A DNA stretch of 64,000 bases, from the NCBI GenBank assembly GCA_016185545.1, contig JACPNJ010000005.1:271717-335716 (forward strand). The letters are read 5' to 3'. A program made the position numbers and the translations under genes. Positions 58,799 to 64,000 of this stretch are shown in pieces. Source of the DNA: Candidatus Yanofskybacteria bacterium (lineage in GTDB: Bacteria > Patescibacteriota > Minisyncoccia > 2-02-FULL-40-12 > IGHO2-01-FULL-4-A). The number at the start of each line of letters is the position of its first letter. Positions within the stretch are counted from its first letter, which is position 1. The notes under the pieces were generated by a model. The model was not told where the DNA came from, ran no database searches, and was given only the letters and a program-made list of their open reading frames with translations.

Positions 58799-59431
58799 TT
58801 AAAATCGCAAACCTTTATATATCCATACCTTAATTCCTACCGTTCCGTATGTCGTGTATGCGGTTGATTTTGCAAAATCTATGTCCGCCCTCAGTGTCTG
58901 CAACGGCAAGCTTCCTTGTTCAAGATGCTCCGTTCTCGCTATGTCATTGCCGTCCAGCCGTCCACCAACTGTAACTTTAGCGCCTTTTACATCACGGTTG
59001 GATATGATTTTAGCAAGTGATTGCTTTAACACGCGACGGTAAGGTAATCTTTTTTCTATCTGCTCAGCCATTTGTTCAGCAACTATTCTGGCTGAAGTTT
59101 CCGGATTTTTAAACTCCTGTATATCCAACCGAATCGCTGTTTTTCTCTTAATAAGTTTGATAACTTCGGCTTTTAAATCTTCGATGCCCGTACCGCCGCG
59201 GCCTATAATCAAACCCGGCCTTGCGGTGCGTATGGTAATGGCTAGAACATCCGGACTTCTTTCAATCTCTATATCATCTACACTCATGTTTTTGAGTTTT
59301 TTATCTAGAAATTTTCTGATTTCAACATCTTCTTTTAAAAATTCCGGATAATTTCTAACCTTAAACCAGCGGGATTTCCAATCCTTGTTTATCGAAACTC
59401 TTAATGATGTTGGGGAAATTTTCTGTCCCAT
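58799..59431 (-). CDS. rpsC: 30S ribosomal protein S3
   Basis: MGQKISPTSLR; KH domain. Confidence 0.9.
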   Translation of the reverse strand: MGQKISPTSLRVSINKDWKSRWFKVRNYPEFLKEDVEIRKFLDKKLKNMSVDDIEIERSPDVLAITIRTARPGLIIGRGGTGIEDLKAEVIKLIKRKTAIRLDIQEFKNPETSARIVAEQMAEQIEKRLPYRRVLKQSLAKIISNRDVKGAKVTVGGRLDGNDIARTEHLEQGSLPLQTLRADIDFAKSTAYTTYGTVGIKVWIYKGLRF

Positions 59432-59583
59432 GCAAATTTGTCCAATCGGACAAGCGTAATCGCGTAGTCCGATTGGGTAACAGATTTAGCACCCCGCCCT
59501 CTATGCACTTTAATAGCTTAGAGGGCGGGGTAACTAACTGTTACCGTACTCGTTCGCGTTGCTCACTGCGCTCGGACATTTAA
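59432..59583. repeat. GC-rich multi-hairpin spacer element, copy 2
   Basis: ~110 nt nearly identical to 55026-55135 (caaatttgtccaatcggacaagcgtaatcgcgtagtccgattgggtaacagatttagcaccccgccctct...). Confidence 0.9.
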
Positions 59584-60102
59584 TTAGATGGCTTTTCTTC
59601 TAAAAAACTTTTTTATCTTGCCTACCTGTCCGAATATTCCTCCCTTTTTGCCTAGTTCTTTTTTGATTTCCGGTTTTGATTTAGTTGGCATATTAACTTC
59701 TTTTGTTGTTTCGGTTATTTCTGCCGTTTCGGATTTTGGTATTATTTGTGATTTGGCTTTCAGACCGGGTACTTTTTCCTCCAACACAATCTTGATATGC
59801 GATGTCTTTTTCTCTATTGGTGAAGCCATGCCAAATCCTTTTGGCCTAAACCTTTTTAGTTTGGACCCTTCATTGACTATCACATCCTTAATAAACATAT
59901 TTTCCTTAACAAGGCCAAAACCATTATGCGCGTTAGCCATGGCCGAATCAAGCAATTTAGAAATAGGTTTGCTGGATTTTTTTATGATATAATCCAACTG
60001 GAACTTAGCCGAAATCGCGTCCATGCCCTTAATTGCACGCGCCACCAACCTAACCTTGCGCGGCGATATTCTTAGATTGTTTAATTGGGCTGTTATCTGC
60101 AC
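59584..60102 (-). CDS. rplV: 50S ribosomal protein L22 with C-terminal extension
   Basis: L22 core ARAIKGMD... plus a ~50-aa K/E-rich tail. Confidence 0.85.
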   Translation of the reverse strand: MQITAQLNNLRISPRKVRLVARAIKGMDAISAKFQLDYIIKKSSKPISKLLDSAMANAHNGFGLVKENMFIKDVIVNEGSKLKRFRPKGFGMASPIEKKTSHIKIVLEEKVPGLKAKSQIIPKSETAEITETTKEVNMPTKSKPEIKKELGKKGGIFGQVGKIKKFFRRKAI

Positions 60103-60173
60103 TTATTCAGGTTACAGGTTACAGGTTACAGGTTACAGTTTTTAACTGTCCACTGATCACTGGAAACTGGTCA
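60103..60173. repeat. Heptamer-arm spacer element sharing the (caggtta)3 left arm with a different right arm
   Basis: caggttacaggttacaggttacagtttttaactgtccactgatcactggaaactggtcac. Confidence 0.85.
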
Positions 60174-60512
60174 CTACTTTTTCTCTGGTTCCGCCTTTGC
60201 CGCTTGTGCCGCTTCAATCTCTTTTTGTTTGGCTGCGGCTTCTATTTCTTTTTGCATTCGTCCGCCGTGACGACTGAATCTTCTCGTCGGTGAAAACTCT
60301 CCCAACTTATGCCCAACCATATCTTCCGTCACAAAAACCGGTAAATGCGTCTTTCCATTATGCACCCCGAAAGTAAATCCGACCATTTGCGGTGTTATTG
60401 TTGATGCCCGCGCCCATGTCTTAATAATCGTTTTATCTCCAACCCTAAGCCGGCCGAGTTTTTTCAGCAACTTTTCATCCACATATACGCCTTTTTTAAT
60501 TGATCTGCTCAT
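60174..60512 (-). CDS. rpsS: 30S ribosomal protein S19 with C-terminal extension
   Basis: S19 core [11 protein letters not shown]; EIEAA repeat tail. Confidence 0.9.
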   Translation of the reverse strand: MSRSIKKGVYVDEKLLKKLGRLRVGDKTIIKTWARASTITPQMVGFTFGVHNGKTHLPVFVTEDMVGHKLGEFSPTRRFSRHGGRMQKEIEAAAKQKEIEAAQAAKAEPEKK

Positions 60513-60514
60513 GT

Positions 60515-61342
60515 TTATTTCTTTCTTCTTCGTACTATAAATTTACTTGATTTCTTTTTCTTGTTACGAGTTTTGACGCCAAGCGCAGGTTTGCCCCAAG
60601 GGGTTTTGGGGTGCGGCATACCAATGGGTTGTCTGCCTTCGCCGCCGCCGTGCGGATGGTCAACCGGATTCATAGCCGTTCCGCGCACCTTCGGCCGCCT
60701 TCCAAGATACCTTGCCCTGCCCGCCTTACCAAGCACAATTGAACTGTGCTCTGCATTTGACAACTGGCCGATTGACGCCATTACCTCACCGTGAAACCTA
60801 CGCACTTCAGAAGAAGGCATAACCACTTGCACATACTCACCCTCATGCGCCAATACCGTTGCTCCGCCGCCAGCCGATCTGACTGCTTGGCCGCCCCTGC
60901 CCGGCTGCAGTTCAATATTATGAATGATCGCGCCTTGTGGGATATTTTTAAGTTTCATCCGATTTCCCGGTTCTAACGCTGTTTTATCGGCAACAGTTAT
61001 GTTTCCGCCAGCTCTCAATCCTTCCGGAGCCAATATATATCTCTTATCCCCGTCAGCATAATGCAGCCGCGCGATCCTGACGGTGCGATTGGGATCGTAT
61101 TCAATTGAAAAAACTTTCGCTGGAACATTTATCTTATTCTGCTTGAAATCAATGATACGATACAACCGCTTAACCCCAGCTCCTCGGTGACGCGAAGTAA
61201 CTCTGCCTTGATTATTTCTGCCAACAGCACGACGAAAACCGGCCGTTAATGATTTTAACGGTTCCACGCGCGACAAATTAGAAAAATCATATCCCACCAT
61301 TTGTCTGCGCCCGGGGGTTGTAGGCTTATATATTTTGGACAT
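60515..61342 (-). CDS. rplB: 50S ribosomal protein L2
   Basis: L2 signatures [16 protein letters not shown]; HPHGGGEG. Confidence 0.95.
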   Translation of the reverse strand: MSKIYKPTTPGRRQMVGYDFSNLSRVEPLKSLTAGFRRAVGRNNQGRVTSRHRGAGVKRLYRIIDFKQNKINVPAKVFSIEYDPNRTVRIARLHYADGDKRYILAPEGLRAGGNITVADKTALEPGNRMKLKNIPQGAIIHNIELQPGRGGQAVRSAGGGATVLAHEGEYVQVVMPSSEVRRFHGEVMASIGQLSNAEHSSIVLGKAGRARYLGRRPKVRGTAMNPVDHPHGGGEGRQPIGMPHPKTPWGKPALGVKTRNKKKKSSKFIVRRRKK

Positions 61343-61451
61343 AATTTAAAATGTAAACATCAAAGTGTAAAATTCTAGTATTCATTCGGGACAATTTTTT
61401 TAATTTTAAATTTTATATTGTCATTTTGCATTTTGATTTTTGAATTTTACA

Positions 61452-61850
61452 TTATTGAACAATATCTATCTTACTTCCCTCCTTCAACGTAACTATCGCT
61501 TTCTTAAATCCCGGCTTTCTTCCTTCATGTCTGCCAACCTGCCTGTGTTTTGACGGCATATGCAAGACGCGGACTTCGGCAACTTCTACCTTGTATAAAT
61601 TGCCGACAGCTTTCTTGATGTCGATTTTATTAGCATTTTCGGTAACCTTAAAAATATATTTATTCTGTTCACCCAAAACTGTTCCTTTTTCAGAAATGTG
61701 CGGCGACAAAACTACCCGATAAGAATGAGCGTCACCGCCCTTGGGCAAAGACGCCCCAGCCGGAAGCTCCGCACTTTCTTCCTTCTTTGGGATTTCTTTT
61801 TCTTTGTCAGCCACTTCTTTTTCTTTTATTTTTCGCTTAAATAAAGCCAT
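61452..61850 (-). CDS. rplW: 50S ribosomal protein L23 with N-terminal extension
   Basis: L23 core in the C-terminal 95 aa. Confidence 0.85.
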   Translation of the reverse strand: MALFKRKIKEKEVADKEKEIPKKEESAELPAGASLPKGGDAHSYRVVLSPHISEKGTVLGEQNKYIFKVTENANKIDIKKAVGNLYKVEVAEVRVLHMPSKHRQVGRHEGRKPGFKKAIVTLKEGSKIDIVQ

Positions 61851-61923
61851 GGTCAGTTTCTAGTTTACAGCTTACAGTTTACAGTGAATTCTTAACTGAA
61901 AACTGACAACTGTAAACTGAAAA
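61851..61923. repeat. Heptamer-arm spacer element (tttacag)n ... (ctgNaaa)n
   Basis: gtttctagtttacagcttacagtttacagtgaattcttaactgaaaactgacaactgtaaactgaaaac. Confidence 0.9.
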
Positions 61924-62583
61924 CTATAATCGAAAGGTTCTTTCGATTATAGGCACCGCATCTTTTAACAAAATCAGATATTTCTTTGTTAGCACATCTT
62001 TGATATTCAAACTATTCGCCGACGTTATTTCTATAAACGACAAATTATTTACCGCCCGCGCAATGTTTTTATCTTGGGCTGGAGCCACAAGCAAAATAGA
62101 GTTTTTTTTCTTTTTTGTCTCTCTGTAACCATCCAGTTTGGACGATAACATCTTGATTGAATTATTGGCAGCTTTTGTTTTGGGAGTTTCAAACCGTAAT
62201 TCGTCCAAAACAAGCAGTTCTTTATCATTTGCCTTACTGGATAGAGCCATAAATAAAGCCTTGCGCTTCATTTTTTTATTGATTTTCTTCTCAAAATTTC
62301 TTTCCTTGGTCGGTCCGAATGCCACACCCCCGTGTCTCCATATTGGCGAACGTATTGAGGCGTGCCTAGCCCGACCAGTTCCCTTCTGCCGCCATGGCTT
62401 CCGACCGCCACCACGCACCTCGCTACGATCCTTGGCGTGAGCAATCACCTGCCTTGAATTAGCCGCCTGCGCGTCAATCACTTGTTTAACTAATTCGGCG
62501 TTCATTGCCACACCAAAAATTTTGTCTGGCAAATCAACATCGCCAATTATTTCGCCTGATTGATTGAAAAGTTTTGTTTTCAC
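61924..62583 (-). CDS. rplD: 50S ribosomal protein L4
   Basis: L4 family; PWRQKGTGRAR. Confidence 0.9.
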   Translation of the reverse strand: MKTKLFNQSGEIIGDVDLPDKIFGVAMNAELVKQVIDAQAANSRQVIAHAKDRSEVRGGGRKPWRQKGTGRARHASIRSPIWRHGGVAFGPTKERNFEKKINKKMKRKALFMALSSKANDKELLVLDELRFETPKTKAANNSIKMLSSKLDGYRETKKKKNSILLVAPAQDKNIARAVNNLSFIEITSANSLNIKDVLTKKYLILLKDAVPIIERTFRL

Positions 62584-62607
62584 TTTTTATAATTTAAAAT
62601 TTATAAT

Positions 62608-63207
62608 TTATAATTTTTGAATTTCTAATAATGTTCCTCTCCTCCCCGGTAGCGCTCCCTTAACTGCCAACAAATTATTTTCTTTATCAATGTTCACGAT
62701 TTTTAATCCTCTCGCGGTTATTCGCTTGCCACCCATGCGGCCGGGCATTCGCATTCCTTTTAATGTGTGCTGTGGAAACCGCTGGCCGATTGAACCGCCG
62801 TGTCGCAAAACATGATGATGACCGTGGCTGGCGGGCATACCGTGAAATCCGTGTCTTTTAACAACACCCTGGAAACCCTTGCCCTTTGAAACTCCAGAAA
62901 CTTTAATAACATCACCGACATTAAAAACTGAAACATCTAACTCGTCACCCCTCTTTTTGCCACCAAGCGTCTTGGTTTCTTTTAATGTTTTAAGCGGCTT
63001 CAAATCTTTCAAGTGCCCGGACTTGGGCTTGTTGGGCTTCTTTTCTTTGCCAAAACCGACTTGCACCGCCTCATAGCCGTCTTTTCCCTTGGTTTTTATT
63101 TGCGTCACCGTAACAGGCCCGGCCTCAATTAAAGTTACCGGCGTAACCACTCCGTCTTCGTTGAAAATCTGGGTCATTCCAATTTTTTTGCCTAATAAGA
63201 ACGCCAT
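62608..63207 (-). CDS. rplC: 50S ribosomal protein L3
   Basis: L3 family; GKGFQGVVKRHGF. Confidence 0.9.
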   Translation of the reverse strand: MAFLLGKKIGMTQIFNEDGVVTPVTLIEAGPVTVTQIKTKGKDGYEAVQVGFGKEKKPNKPKSGHLKDLKPLKTLKETKTLGGKKRGDELDVSVFNVGDVIKVSGVSKGKGFQGVVKRHGFHGMPASHGHHHVLRHGGSIGQRFPQHTLKGMRMPGRMGGKRITARGLKIVNIDKENNLLAVKGALPGRRGTLLEIQKL

Positions 63208-63377
63208 TGTAACAAAAAACCGGACTTAGCCGGCACATTTAAAATACCAACTAAATCAAAAGGATAGCTTAGGTTTTATTAAAAATTAAAACCATTTATT
63301 ATATTATTCTGTTGCTCTCACAGAGATAAGAGTAACAAAGATGGCTGTACAAATTTTGCACAGTCATCTTTGTTTCC

Positions 63378-63713
63378 CTACATTTTTAATTCTATGTCTA
63401 CTCCTGCTGGTAGATTCAAGTTCATGAGCGAATCAATAATTTTGGAATTGGGACTGGAAATATCAATCAGCCGTTTGTGGACACGCATTTCAAATTGTTC
63501 CCGGGAATTTTTGTCTATGAAGGATGAGCGATTAACGGTATACTTGTGAATCTCTGTCGGTAACGGCACCGGACCGGTAACAGCACCACCGTTTCGCTCA
63601 ATTGTCTCAACGATCTGTTTGGCAGATTTATCTAAAATCTTATTATCATAAGCCCGCAGTTTTATTCTGATACGCTGGGCTGGTTCCGATGGTTTTTCTT
63701 TCTTAGTTGCCAT
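63378..63713 (-). CDS. rpsJ: 30S ribosomal protein S10
   Basis: [11 protein letters not shown]...GPVPLPT. Confidence 0.9.
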   Translation of the reverse strand: MATKKEKPSEPAQRIRIKLRAYDNKILDKSAKQIVETIERNGGAVTGPVPLPTEIHKYTVNRSSFIDKNSREQFEMRVHKRLIDISSPNSKIIDSLMNLNLPAGVDIELKM

Positions 63714-63756
63714 AATATAATGAGCTAAAGAACAGATTTCGTTTTATGGACTAAAC

Positions 63757-63800
63757 GAGCCCCTCCCCAGTTTGTGTCACAAACTGGGGAGGGGCTCGTC
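63757..63800 (-). terminator. Hairpin between tuf and rpsJ
   Basis: cgagcccctccccagtttgtgtcacaaactggggaggggctcg, a perfect 17-bp stem. Confidence 0.5.
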
Positions 63801-63802
63801 GT

Positions 63803-64000
63803 CCTAAGTAATAATCTTGGTCACAACGCCTGCCCCTACTGTCTTGCCTCCTTCCCTGATGGCAAAGCGCTGCTTTTCTTCCATGGCAATCGGAGCAATG
63901 AGTTTAATCTTCACATTAACTGTATCTCCCGGCATTACCATTTCGGTTCCTTCCGGCAGGGTTACATCCCCGGTTACATCGGTCGTCCTAAAGTAAAATT
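63803..64000 (-). CDS. tuf: Elongation factor Tu, C-terminal fragment (5' part outside window)
   Basis: ...[53 protein letters not shown]. Confidence 0.85.

Noticed and set aside
52674-63377. Possible CRISPR array suggested by short tandem repeats in spacers
   Set aside because: Units are 7-8 nt with no unique spacers and each locus has a different unit. There are no cas genes. They are palindromic arm-loop-arm elements, not CRISPR.
1-64000. Prophage, IS or integron content
   Set aside because: No transposase, integrase, phage structural or att-like signatures were recognised. The mobile-looking content is limited to small non-autonomous repeat elements.

Overview
This 64 kb window is AT-rich, gene-dense and almost entirely minus-strand coding. 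Its content looks like a small-genome, CPR/Patescibacteria-like bacterium. Several ribosomal proteins carry extensions, there is no rpmD (L30) gene between rpsE and rplO, rpsN is the Zn-type, and rnpB carries a long extended helix.

The right third (49.8-64 kb) is the S10-spc r-protein cluster through secY-adk-map, ending in a partial tuf gene (its 3' end) at the window edge. The canonical alpha-operon genes are missing after map; GT2, galT-like, dedA, tpiA and pgk genes follow instead.

The middle of the window holds:
- rnhA, a DHH phosphoesterase, RNase P RNA, and envelope polysaccharide genes (sugar transferase, GT4, a large membrane protein);
- lepA, thiolase, three tRNAs (Gln, Thr, Gly), ftsEX, prfB with its programmed +1 frameshift, and a P2-type P-type ATPase;
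- a large secreted Cys-rich tandem-module protein.

The left third holds:
- a thiol/metal redox island: DsbA-like, CcdA, TlpA-like, a dual-specificity phosphatase, glutaredoxin, DoxX, two ArsR regulators, a frameshifted DsrE-like gene, an FMN reductase, a flavodoxin-like protein and a Cys/His-rich peptide;
- an unusual FNR-like-PAS-PAS-HK-REC hybrid sensor kinase;
- an OmpR-family response regulator and an HtrA-like protease;
- a GC-elevated ~2.3 kb island encoding two paralogous secreted proteins with a novel SRLGELLVLDGLFG repeat, plus gap, an Mqo-like oxidoreductase and a disulfide oxidoreductase.

The most striking sequence-level feature is a pervasive family of short palindromic repeat elements. 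Each is a tandem 7-8-mer arm, a loop, and an imperfectly complementary tandem arm; GC-rich hairpin modules also occur. They fill nearly every intergenic junction of the r-protein cluster and appear to be inserted in-frame inside housekeeping CDSs (pgk, tpiA, lepA, GT2). A second family of CCCGTTAG terminal-inverted-repeat leaders directly abuts several start codons.
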